A stretch of DNA of 32,000 bases from Candidatus Heimdallarchaeota archaeon B3_Heim (GCA_003144275.1 NJBF01000028.1:31234-63233); one strand, 5' to 3'. Shown: positions 17,864 through 27,064, numbered from the stretch's first letter. The notes: generated by a model not told the origin, from the sequence alone. Translations and numbers: made by a program.

Positions 17864-19158
17864 ATATATTCCTCCCGAGTATAACTCAAGGGACATCCAG
17901 CTCCACATAGGTTAAGTTGGCCACAGGTCTGACATTCGTCAGGAACATTGCTTTGGGTACGTATTTCAATAGAAAGGGGATGATTCCATATTTTTTCCCA
18001 AGGATCCTTTAGAATGTTACCTAGTCCTTCGTAATAGCTCTGACATGGGATAACAGTTCCATTAGGTTCGATGGCCATAGCTAGGTGAGAAGCTGAACAT
18101 CTTTTAACTCCAAGCCCCAAATTTACAGGGTCAATATCACAATAACGGGTTGGAGTATACCAAATGAACTCCATTCCATAATCATCTGCTGAATCTTGAA
18201 TTCGTTCCAGTACTGGTAATAGTTCTCTTTCGTTCAACGCAAGTTTAGAAACATTTTTCCCTTTACCCGCATAAATTATAGAATTACAGGCAAATTGTTC
18301 TACTTCTAGTTCATTTAATAGTCCTATGGTATCAATTATGGTTTCTACATTTAACTTAGTAAGGGTTGTATTGGTTAATGTATAAATCGGAGTTTCCACA
18401 GCATTTTTTATACCTGCAATGGTTTCATTCCAAGCTAAATCACTACCCACCATTTGATTATGAATGGATTCATTTGCACTTTCAAGAGTAATTTGAAAAT
18501 GATCAAGACCGGCTTCAACAAGGTTGTTAACATAATCTTGCTCTTTTAATTTCCGACCGTTGGTAATAAGTCCAGTTACGATACCAATAAGTTCAGCACG
18601 TTCTATTAGCTGTGATAAATCTTGTCTTAGTGTCGGTTCCCCACCTGTAAATGTCACATGAGGTATTGAAATCTCCCAAAGTCTTTCCAGTATATCTTTC
18701 CATGTATTGGTTTCTAGTTCGGACGCATTTGGAGATTCTGTTTGATTGTAACAGTGTGAACAAGTATTATTACAACGATAAGTTAATGCAAGATCCATTC
18801 TGAGAGGAGCTGTAAGATTTAATTCTGCAATATTAGATTCTTCTACATTTAATGAATGTATAGGGCATATATCTTCCGTAGTTGAAAGGGAGGTGATCAT
18901 GTCCTTTAGTGCATTAAGATCAGTTTTTGCTTGATGATCTGTCACGCGATAGAGAGATTTCAGCTCATTGAGGATTTTCTGCTCTGGAGTTCCATCTAGA
19001 ATTCTTTCAACGAAGAACGTTGCTGTTTGGTTTAGTTGTAAAATCCTAGATGCATTAATAACAAGGAGCCCATTTTCACCCTGTTTTCGTAAATGGAGAC
19101 GAATCTCACCGAATTGTCCTTCTCGCTGATGAATTAATGAAGACTTCTCTTGGTTCAT
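17836..19158 (-). CDS. Radical SAM/SPASM enzyme with an N-terminal PqqD-like RiPP recognition element
   Basis: CNNTCSHC at 18751-18774, FTGGEPTLR, ITNG; SPASM C-x12-G-x4-C...C-x2-C-x5-C-x3-C...C; N-terminal LVINASRILQLNQTATFFVERI...YRVTDHQAKTDL. ATG 19158 lies 2 nt after the upstream stop. Confidence 0.92.
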   Translation of the reverse strand: MNQEKSSLIHQREGQFGEIRLHLRKQGENGLLVINASRILQLNQTATFFVERILDGTPEQKILNELKSLYRVTDHQAKTDLNALKDMITSLSTTEDICPIHSLNVEESNIAELNLTAPLRMDLALTYRCNNTCSHCYNQTESPNASELETNTWKDILERLWEISIPHVTFTGGEPTLRQDLSQLIERAELIGIVTGLITNGRKLKEQDYVNNLVEAGLDHFQITLESANESIHNQMVGSDLAWNETIAGIKNAVETPIYTLTNTTLTKLNVETIIDTIGLLNELEVEQFACNSIIYAGKGKNVSKLALNERELLPVLERIQDSADDYGMEFIWYTPTRYCDIDPVNLGLGVKRCSASHLAMAIEPNGTVIPCQSYYEGLGNILKDPWEKIWNHPLSIEIRTQSNVPDECQTCGQLNLCGAGCPLSYTREEYICPESKAND

Positions 19159-19160
19159 CG

Positions 19161-19214
19161 TTATCGACCACCACCTGCGCACGCGCACGCACAGCCTGCG
19201 CAAGCGCAAGCACA
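19161..19214 (-). repeat. Tandem peptide repeat (CACACAG)x2 plus GGR-stop
   Basis: Codons tgt gct tgc gct tgc gca ggc / tgt gcg tgc gcg tgc gca ggt. Synonymous differences between the copies suggest the repeat is kept at protein level. Confidence 0.9.
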
Positions 19215-20690
19215 TCCTCCACCGCCTGATCTACCCCGTCCTCTCCCAATTGGTTGAACTGGAGGAGGATAGCTTCTTCTTGTTACTTTTTCTTGAAATG
19301 ATCGACCTCTTGGAACCCAATACCATGAATGATAGTGATAGGTATAATACCAAGGAATATATTCTAGATTCTGTGTTACCTCGATATCAAATTCTGGTTG
19401 ATAATTTTCATCTAATACAGCCCAATACCAGGCTTCAGTTGTTACCGTTTCAAGATCCTCACTTTGCTTTGAAGTTATTTGCAATACTGATTTGTCTATT
19501 AATGATTCATAGAATTGAACTGTTTTATCGTAAGAGTACCCTTTCATCCTACCTCGAGTTAATTTTACAAGAGCCGCGATAGAGCTAATCAAATCCTCCT
19601 CCTTAATACTAAACTCATCACGTAACGATTGCAAGAGAATTTTCTGATATTTCTTTAGATAACGAAGTGATGATCCTTCCATCAACTGAGGATCGGGATA
19701 TTCTTCCGATAATGGTTTAATTAGATCTTTTTCGATTAAGGAAAGAATGATCATAGAAGTTGTGATTTCAACGGGCTTTTCCAATATCACAGCAACCATT
19801 TCTCGCGGGAGATCTGTTCTTGGTCCCGCTGTTGGAACAGATACAAAGGGAGGTACATAATCGAGAAGACGCTTTTCCAGTTTTATTTTTCTGGAACGAC
19901 GAACTATGAAAGAACCAATTACTGCAATAATTATGAATACAACAACTCCACCAATTACTAACCCAAGAATAATTTCCTCTGCAGTAAGTGGAATTCCTTT
20001 AAACCATTTAACCCCCTCTTTTGGAAAAGATATACCATATTTATACTGTTGAGATGGGGAAGCGGTTGGTTCATGCCATTCGTGTACTTTACGGCCATTT
20101 TGAAGAAAAAAGGTGCGAGTGGGGGCTTTTTGATGATATTTTGTATAAGTTGTATCGTCAACAGTACCTGGAAATACCATTCGTGTTGTCAGATTAACAG
20201 TTCCAGTTGTATAAGCTGCACCCCACCATGTATTCCCAAACTGACTAGAAGCCATATCTGATTCTTCTGTATCCCCAAATACCATGTATGGTTGATTACC
20301 TTTGACATGGAGCGTCCCTCTATCAGAAATTGCATACGAATGAAGGTGAATTTCCACACCTACATCGATAACTTCGCTTTCCCGAATATCATAGAGTGGT
20401 TGTCCGTCAAGATCAGCTGATATACTACTCAGCTCATAATGCTTGTTTGGAAATCCTATATCAATTATATCAATATCCTGTCCAGATCCTTCTACTTTAA
20501 AAGTGATCCAGTATTCAATATCAGCCGAACCATCTAAGTTAATTGTGACCTCTACTAATTCATCTGGGACTGAAAAATAATAATTCTGAATATTACTTTC
20601 ACTAGATTCTCCTACAGTAATTATATTGAAGGGTATTAATAGGAGAATAAGGAGTAAATAGATCCGTGCGAGGGTATTGACTTTTCTCAT
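19161..20690 (-). CDS. DUF2207-like membrane protein with a Gly/Cys-Ala repeat C-terminal tail; candidate rSAM substrate
   Basis: N-terminal signal/TM, beta-rich ectodomain (VTINLDGSADIEYWITF), TM IILGLVIGGVVVFIIIAVIGSFIV followed by RRSRK, tail GGGGCACACAGCACACAGGGR*. Confidence 0.85.
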   Translation of the reverse strand: MRKVNTLARIYLLLILLLIPFNIITVGESSESNIQNYYFSVPDELVEVTINLDGSADIEYWITFKVEGSGQDIDIIDIGFPNKHYELSSISADLDGQPLYDIRESEVIDVGVEIHLHSYAISDRGTLHVKGNQPYMVFGDTEESDMASSQFGNTWWGAAYTTGTVNLTTRMVFPGTVDDTTYTKYHQKAPTRTFFLQNGRKVHEWHEPTASPSQQYKYGISFPKEGVKWFKGIPLTAEEIILGLVIGGVVVFIIIAVIGSFIVRRSRKIKLEKRLLDYVPPFVSVPTAGPRTDLPREMVAVILEKPVEITTSMIILSLIEKDLIKPLSEEYPDPQLMEGSSLRYLKKYQKILLQSLRDEFSIKEEDLISSIAALVKLTRGRMKGYSYDKTVQFYESLIDKSVLQITSKQSEDLETVTTEAWYWAVLDENYQPEFDIEVTQNLEYIPWYYTYHYHSWYWVPRGRSFQEKVTRRSYPPPVQPIGRGRGRSGGGGCACACAGCACACAGGGR

Positions 20691-20853
20691 TTCAAATCCT
20701 TTCTTAAATGGAATATTTATCCCTTTTACCTTTCGTACTGATTAAATATATTTTCATAACCGAACTTCAGTATTTCTTACAACCACTTTCCTTTCTTGAG
20801 ATATTCATTTATGTTTAATTTTCAAGACATCTAAGTTTTCGAAAATTAGCAAC

Positions 20854-22839
20854 TCAGCGTAGATCTTTGATTATTTCTTTGGTAGTAGTCGTGATTTGTT
20901 TGACGGAGCTTGTAATATTGTCTGAGTTTGTGGTTACATTATTTTTGAAATTATCAACCGAGGAATCAATACTACTCTGAACCTCTTCAAACTGAACATC
21001 GATTTTTCTCCTTTGATCATCTATATATTCACGTTGATCATGAGTTTTTCCTATGAAATTATCAGAAGTATTTTGCACTTCAGTGAAGAATTCAGCAAAT
21101 CGCTCTTGTAGCGAGGAGCTATATTTATCTAATGTATCCTGATGATCAGTAATTTTCTGTGATGTATCAGACCGAAATTGAATAAGGGAATTTTTATGCT
21201 CATCTTCCAAGCTTCCTACTAATACTGTTGTTGATTCCTCACTATCCTTCACCGCTTGATCGAGTTTATCATTGGTAATCGATACTATGTTTTGAATAGC
21301 AACCAGTCCATCTTGTTCTATAGTTCGAATTTGTTTTCTTAGATCATCGAATGCGGCCGTACTGGACCGTTTTATTTCGGAATTCTTGGTCTTGATGACT
21401 TCACGATTAGTTTCTACCACTGTATCAGCAGTAGGGGCTATTGATGAAACTGTTGTAAGTAATTCGCTCTGTTTTGACTGTAAAGTGCGTCTCACGTCTG
21501 TTAATGTTATTTCAATATTTTTTTCTTGACTTGTTTGAATTTCCTTGAACTGCTGACTTATTCCTTCTTGTAGGTCTCCAAGAGTAGTTTCATGTTTAAT
21601 CAAGACATCTTTCATTCCATCTTGGGATTTTTTAAAGAAGCCCATTAAGGATCCATTAAGGTCTGATGTTGTATCTTCTAACTTGGATTTGGTTTTTACA
21701 CCAAATTGTTCAAATGAGCTATTGATATTTGCGTACCAGTTTTCAAATGCTTTTGTCAATGTCTCAGAGGTTCTAAGACGCTTTTTACTAAAATCTGAAG
21801 AAACACGTGAGAGTGAAGAAAGTATTTGTTCCTCTAATTGACGAAAACCTGATTTGAGCGAATTTTCAAATTCCGTGGTGACTTTAGATTGCAGCTCTTC
21901 ATTTGTTTTTAGTGCAGATATAAAAGATTCGAAAACATTTTCCTTGATATTACTAATGGTCTGTTTTTGTTCCTCCTGGTATTTCTGCCACTCACTATAA
22001 TATCCATCAACTCCCTTCTCAATTTTTGTTTTTACTCCTTCCCTCTCTTCTTTAATAATTTCGATAACTCTTTGCTGAGACTCATTTAGTAATTCTTTTT
22101 GACGAATAAGATTATCATCCAGACGTGCTTTAAGACCATCAATTCCTGCGAGTAAATCTTCTTTAGCAATTTCTAGTCTGGAAACAGATTGTCTCAAAGT
22201 ATTCGCAAAAACATTGTCCAGTTCATTCTCTTTAGCATCACTAATTTGTGTCACACGATTATTAAATTCATCCAACGCTTGAAGAAAGGATGAGGCTACG
22301 CTATCTGACATCTCCCCAATATTTGCATTTTCTCTCTCGACGGTACTAACGAATTCCTTTTGTACGTCCGCTAACTTGTTGGAAATTTGATCTTGAAATT
22401 CCTTGATCTGTTTATACTGATGAGAATAGATATCATCCAATCCAGTATTCACTTTACCAGCCATTTCCCCATAGATTTGGGAAATGTCCTCTTCTTGCTT
22501 TTTTGTAAGTGAATTTAATTGTTTTTGCAGAGTAACTGTCCCTTTCTGCAATTGGTCAAGTAATTTTTCTAAACGAGAGCCGAAATCTCCTTTCTCTGAT
22601 TCAATATCGGTTTTGAGACCTTTCAAGTTATCTGTTAAATCACTAACAGTTGTTGCCAAATTGGCTATTTGCGATAAAATATCCGTTTTACCTTGGTCAA
22701 TATTTCGTGAAACAGAACTAGTTTGTTTCTTAATGTCTTGTTGAAAATCCTTCACTCGATTCTCATATTGACCACCCTCACTTTCAAGCTTCGCAAGATG
22801 ATCTTTTATTACATTTACTTTGTTATCTTGTTCAGACAT
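20854..22839 (-). CDS. All-helical protein with 11-residue (hendecad) amphipathic repeats
   Basis: 661 aa, no TM, no Cys, one Pro; hydrophobic residues recur every 11 aa; AGGTGA RBS at 22846-22851. Confidence 0.8.
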   Translation of the reverse strand: MSEQDNKVNVIKDHLAKLESEGGQYENRVKDFQQDIKKQTSSVSRNIDQGKTDILSQIANLATTVSDLTDNLKGLKTDIESEKGDFGSRLEKLLDQLQKGTVTLQKQLNSLTKKQEEDISQIYGEMAGKVNTGLDDIYSHQYKQIKEFQDQISNKLADVQKEFVSTVERENANIGEMSDSVASSFLQALDEFNNRVTQISDAKENELDNVFANTLRQSVSRLEIAKEDLLAGIDGLKARLDDNLIRQKELLNESQQRVIEIIKEEREGVKTKIEKGVDGYYSEWQKYQEEQKQTISNIKENVFESFISALKTNEELQSKVTTEFENSLKSGFRQLEEQILSSLSRVSSDFSKKRLRTSETLTKAFENWYANINSSFEQFGVKTKSKLEDTTSDLNGSLMGFFKKSQDGMKDVLIKHETTLGDLQEGISQQFKEIQTSQEKNIEITLTDVRRTLQSKQSELLTTVSSIAPTADTVVETNREVIKTKNSEIKRSSTAAFDDLRKQIRTIEQDGLVAIQNIVSITNDKLDQAVKDSEESTTVLVGSLEDEHKNSLIQFRSDTSQKITDHQDTLDKYSSSLQERFAEFFTEVQNTSDNFIGKTHDQREYIDDQRRKIDVQFEEVQSSIDSSVDNFKNNVTTNSDNITSSVKQITTTTKEIIKDLR

Positions 22840-22993
22840 CTTTATTCACCTGATTAACTCTAAGACTACTATTATAATCAGTTATTTTTTCTTATGAAAT
22901 TATAGTTATTGCCAGTAAGATTCTTTATTTAAGTTCAGGTCAATTTCCGTCCATCAATTTGTAATACTTATACATTCTTCTTGAGATGTTGTT

Positions 22994-25900
22994 ATGGACT
23001 ATAAAAAACTACAGACATTGGATCAATTTGAAGGTAAAATCCAACCCATTAATCTTGATGCTGATGCTAAAAAACTAGCTACTTTTTTTAACGAGATTGA
23101 TGATCTGTGGCCAGGGACTTTTACACAAGGCATTAAATTTGACGAAAAACGTACTAGAGATTTTATAGGAAAAAGAAAAGCTTTAGAAGCGTATGTAGCG
23201 TTCGACCCCTCAGACAGGATAGTTGGACTCTGTTCTGTGCATAAACGGATGGAGGAACCAAATGTTTCATATATTGGAATTCTAGGTGCACATCCAGATG
23301 TTTTATCAAAAAAATATGGAAAACATCTTCTTCTAACCGCTATAGAATTTAGTGTAGCCAATGGAGATTTACGTCAGGACTTACACACTTGGGCATCCAA
23401 TATGAAAGCGGTTCCTTTATATAAAAAGATTGGTCTCCAATGGGTTCCAGATACTTCAGTTTACATGCAGAATTATATCCCAGCAATCTTACAAGATAGT
23501 TTCTGTAAACCGTATTTTGATAAACATCCTGATTGGTATTTAAATCAAAAACGGGAGTTAACTCAAGCTCCTGATGATGATTCCTTCGGAAAAATGAAAG
23601 TATTCAACTATTATTTTGAAAATAAAGGTGATTATCTAAAAGTAATGATTGATAGGTATAGTCGATCAATCATGGGAATAACACGAAGTCTGGATGGAGA
23701 AGAGCTAAGTCTTGTTCTTCAGTATGATGAGCATGATGTTTTTACAGGTATTGAGAAACCATTTTTCCTTAAGGTTGAAAACAAAACGAATAAGGAATTC
23801 TCTTTGAATGTAGCGTTCGAACCCTCTCTAGAAATAACGCCCCAAAAATCCCAAATGAGTCGACACATCCCGATTGGTAATGTGAGCATTGAAAATTATT
23901 ATTCGGTCATCGATACAACCATAGATTCTAGTATTTATCGAAAAACACCAAGTATCAAAGCAAGGGTCACTTTAAACGGGAATGACCTAATTTTAGAATC
24001 AGGAGTGAGGGCAAAACAACCCGTTGATATTAATTCTTCAGATTTAACTAGGTGGATACCTTCAGGGAAACAAGAAGTTGGAATAAATATTAATAATCGG
24101 ACTACTGAATCCATTCAGGGTGAGCTGATTTTCTGGACGGATTCCGATGTTACAATACTTAATCCTGTAAATCAGATCAAAATTGATCCAGAGAGCTTTA
24201 TTGGTCTTCGAATAACTCTTAAAGTTCCTGAATATAAAGAAGATAACGCAGTTACTCTTTTTTGCCAGTTGAGGATGGAAAAGTCAAAAAGCAGAGTATT
24301 TGAAATTCCTGTATTCATTTCCGAGTATCCGTCTGTTGCTGCGCGTATCCAAAAGGATAAAAAACGAGTGATATTACAAAACCAAAATGTTCGATCTATC
24401 ATACATCTGGAAGGGGCACGTGCTACCTTAAAATCTACCGAAGATTCAGCAATGGCAATTAGTGCTAATATCCTAGATTTTGGCCCTCCTTTTGGATTTA
24501 GTGAATTTAATCAAGTGAAATTTGAACCAGAAATAATCTATGAAAACAACTCAATTAGAGTAAAACTCACTAAACAGAGTAGATCAAAAGAAAGTTTAAT
24601 TTTTTCCCGGAATTTTGAATTAAGGCCAGGTGATAATCATATTTCTGTATGGGAAGAGATTCAGAATTTAGGAACGATCAAAGATCAAGTTACGATTCTA
24701 ATGCAACCATCCTATAGTGATGGAATAAATATGCCAATGGGTAATAGATATCTTGTTTTTGAAGATGAATTGATAGTAGGACCTAATTATCTTTGGCCTA
24801 TAAGAGAAGGAGATCTTCCAGAAGGAACAGAACAGTATGAACCTTGGGTTTGTGTTGAAGCTGGTGATGTTACCTATTACCACATTTATCAAACAGAAAA
24901 TACTTTAGCCAACCCGAGTCGAGGAGCCTTAACAACATTAGAAAAATCTGTTTTCATCCCTGCATTATCTTTAGCCTCGTCCCCAAAAAGCTGGATAGGG
25001 TGCAGTTTAAGAGGGAAATGGAAAGATGTGAGGGAATTATCCTATTACCTAAGTAAAAAAACTATTCTTCCACATTCAGAGAAGTCCGTTCATCCGAAGT
25101 CTTATCTAAATATCGCAATCCCTAATGAAGAACTGCTACTGGGAAAAAAAGTCAATGACATACAGGTCAACGTCACTTCAACTAGGTTTATGCCTGTGAC
25201 AGGAAAGATTTCATTAGATCTCCCTGATGACTGGATATGTACTCCTAAGAGTCAAGAGATTTCTGAACTGAATTTAAAGAACCCCCAAAACTTCACTTTT
25301 CAGATTCAACTTCCTGAAATTACCGTATCACGAACTAGTAAATTAAAAGTCAAGATTACTTCTCCATCAGGAGAATTATCTGAAGAAATATCTGTACTCG
25401 TATTTAACAATTCATTAAAACCAAAAATAGAAAATCTACCCCCTATTGGAGAGAAAAATGTTACTAAAGTACAGAATGAGTCACTCGCGATTACAAGTTC
25501 CAAAGATTTTGTCGGTACTCTGACATCTATCAAATATAAAGATACGGAATATCTACATTCAAATTTTCCTACCATGGTGCCATCTCTATTCTTTAATCAG
25601 GACCCTGGAGGCCTACTGACAATCTTACTTGGAGGAAATGATGATTTAAGTGACCTCAAGTTCTTTAATGAAAAATTCCAACAATCAGAGGTTCAAAATG
25701 ATCCATGGTATGGTGTGGAATATACCGTTACAGTAGCTGAACGAAAGTCATTGAAAGGATTAGTCTTCAAAACCTCTTATTCATTATTGAGTGGAGATTC
25801 GCAACTCGTTAAAATCAGATTGCATATTTCCAATCCTACTTCTGCCACATTTCAATTTTTATCACTAAGCCTCCTATCACCTGCTATTAATGGATCTATT

Positions 25901-26227
25901 GAAGATATGATTGCTCAACTTGAGACCACAGATACATCGATTATTCATACTTTCACTAGAGATAATCCTCTACCAATCTTTGCACTAGGTACGGAACATC
26001 TTAAAAGATTAAACTACGTTAAGGAGGGAAAAAGTCTTTCCATAGTTTCTCCTCACTCAGACGCAAATTTATTCCCTCTTGACGCCGGTAAAATGATTCT
26101 TGGGGGAGGAGTTGCCAAATCCTGGTTTTTAGAACCTGGTGAATCAAGCGAATGTATCTTCTTCTTAATTCTAGGCTCTTCGGATAGATTGAAATTTGAA
26201 GAATTGTCTTCGATATTCCAGAAATAA
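22994..26227 (+). CDS. Large multidomain GNAT acetyltransferase (N-terminal GNAT plus beta-sandwich domains)
   Basis: YIGILGAHPDVLSKKYGKHLL and HTWASNMKAVPLYKKIGL (GNAT motifs A and B); later beta-rich Ig-like segments such as VTGKISLDLPDDW. Confidence 0.8.
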   Translation: MDYKKLQTLDQFEGKIQPINLDADAKKLATFFNEIDDLWPGTFTQGIKFDEKRTRDFIGKRKALEAYVAFDPSDRIVGLCSVHKRMEEPNVSYIGILGAHPDVLSKKYGKHLLLTAIEFSVANGDLRQDLHTWASNMKAVPLYKKIGLQWVPDTSVYMQNYIPAILQDSFCKPYFDKHPDWYLNQKRELTQAPDDDSFGKMKVFNYYFENKGDYLKVMIDRYSRSIMGITRSLDGEELSLVLQYDEHDVFTGIEKPFFLKVENKTNKEFSLNVAFEPSLEITPQKSQMSRHIPIGNVSIENYYSVIDTTIDSSIYRKTPSIKARVTLNGNDLILESGVRAKQPVDINSSDLTRWIPSGKQEVGININNRTTESIQGELIFWTDSDVTILNPVNQIKIDPESFIGLRITLKVPEYKEDNAVTLFCQLRMEKSKSRVFEIPVFISEYPSVAARIQKDKKRVILQNQNVRSIIHLEGARATLKSTEDSAMAISANILDFGPPFGFSEFNQVKFEPEIIYENNSIRVKLTKQSRSKESLIFSRNFELRPGDNHISVWEEIQNLGTIKDQVTILMQPSYSDGINMPMGNRYLVFEDELIVGPNYLWPIREGDLPEGTEQYEPWVCVEAGDVTYYHIYQTENTLANPSRGALTTLEKSVFIPALSLASSPKSWIGCSLRGKWKDVRELSYYLSKKTILPHSEKSVHPKSYLNIAIPNEELLLGKKVNDIQVNVTSTRFMPVTGKISLDLPDDWICTPKSQEISELNLKNPQNFTFQIQLPEITVSRTSKLKVKITSPSGELSEEISVLVFNNSLKPKIENLPPIGEKNVTKVQNESLAITSSKDFVGTLTSIKYKDTEYLHSNFPTMVPSLFFNQDPGGLLTILLGGNDDLSDLKFFNEKFQQSEVQNDPWYGVEYTVTVAERKSLKGLVFKTSYSLLSGDSQLVKIRLHISNPTSATFQFLSLSLLSPAINGSIEDMIAQLETTDTSIIHTFTRDNPLPIFALGTEHLKRLNYVKEGKSLSIVSPHSDANLFPLDAGKMILGGGVAKSWFLEPGESSECIFFLILGSSDRLKFEELSSIFQK

Positions 26228-26322
26228 GTTCTGGAGCATTATTGTGATGTATTTCAAGTCACAATAATTATTACTTTTTCCCTCTATTTAATTTTCTGTC
26301 CTCTACTCCGTTCTAACCATGA

Positions 26323-26330
26323 TTTTTTTT
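26323..26330 (+). terminator. Possible oligo-T terminator after the GNAT gene
   Basis: T8 run; also close to the next start codon, so ambiguous. Confidence 0.25.
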
Positions 26331-26338
26331 GATTAAAA

Positions 26339-27064
26339 ATGACTCAAAAACTCGATAAATCTGCTAAAGTAATTTCAAAAATGTTCACTTCCTTAGCTCC
26401 ACGTTATGATTTAATGAATGACGTGATGACAGGTTTCACTCATCGCCACACACGAAAATTTGCTCTAGAGCTAATAGGGATTGTAAAAGGGGGACTAGTC
26501 TTAGATCTCGCCTCTGGAACAGGAGATTTTGCATTTCTTCTTCAAAATTTAATGAAATCAAATACTCTGATCATTGGATGTGATTTTTCGATAGGAATGT
26601 TGGAAATGGCACGTCATCGTCTGAAAACAATTCAAGATGTATCTGAGGTGAACAATCTGGCATTCGCCAGTTCGGATATCAATCACCTTCCATTTTCAGA
26701 TGAAATTTTTGATGTTTGTTCAATTATTTATGGATTAAGAAATGTCCAAGATCCATTAAGTGTCCTGCAAGAAATAAATCGTGTAACTAAACCGAGTGGT
26801 CGTTTCTTCATTGTGGAATCCATTATCCCAGACAACCCTTTCATTCGGTTTTCACTGTCATTTTATTTTAAGAATGTCGTCCCTATGATTGCCTCTTTAT
26901 TCGCATCGAATGTTCAAGCCTATGATTATTATTTTAATTCTGTAGAACAATTTGGAACTCCAATTGAGACATTAAAATTACTGAAAAAAACACATTGGAA
27001 ACGGGTCACCATTTACCGATTATTATTTGGATCAGTTATTGTTTACCAGATTTTCAAAAGATGA
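26339..27064 (+). CDS. ubiE: UbiE/MenG-family quinone C-methyltransferase
   Basis: MFTSLAPRYDLMNDVMT, VLDLASGTGD, LPFSDEIFD, YGLRNV, RVTKPSGR, AYDYYFNSVEQF. Confidence 0.85.
   Translation: MTQKLDKSAKVISKMFTSLAPRYDLMNDVMTGFTHRHTRKFALELIGIVKGGLVLDLASGTGDFAFLLQNLMKSNTLIIGCDFSIGMLEMARHRLKTIQDVSEVNNLAFASSDINHLPFSDEIFDVCSIIYGLRNVQDPLSVLQEINRVTKPSGRFFIVESIIPDNPFIRFSLSFYFKNVVPMIASLFASNVQAYDYYFNSVEQFGTPIETLKLLKKTHWKRVTIYRLLFGSVIVYQIFKR

Noticed and set aside
19176-19193. 18-nt alternating purine/pyrimidine tract (Z-DNA-like)
   Set aside because: Fully explained by TGY-GCN codons of the Cys-Ala repeat
19159-19215. ORF-track N-terminal extension of the rSAM (MCLRLRRLCVRVRRWWSIT)
   Set aside because: It is an alternative-frame reading of the Cys-Ala tail codons; ATG 19158, 2 nt after the upstream stop with GGTGG before it, is the better start
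19250-20261. Short ORFs overlapping the 509-aa gene, considered as stand-alone RiPP precursors
   Set aside because: They are antisense or out-of-frame within a well-supported CDS and have no clear RBS or precursor-like pattern
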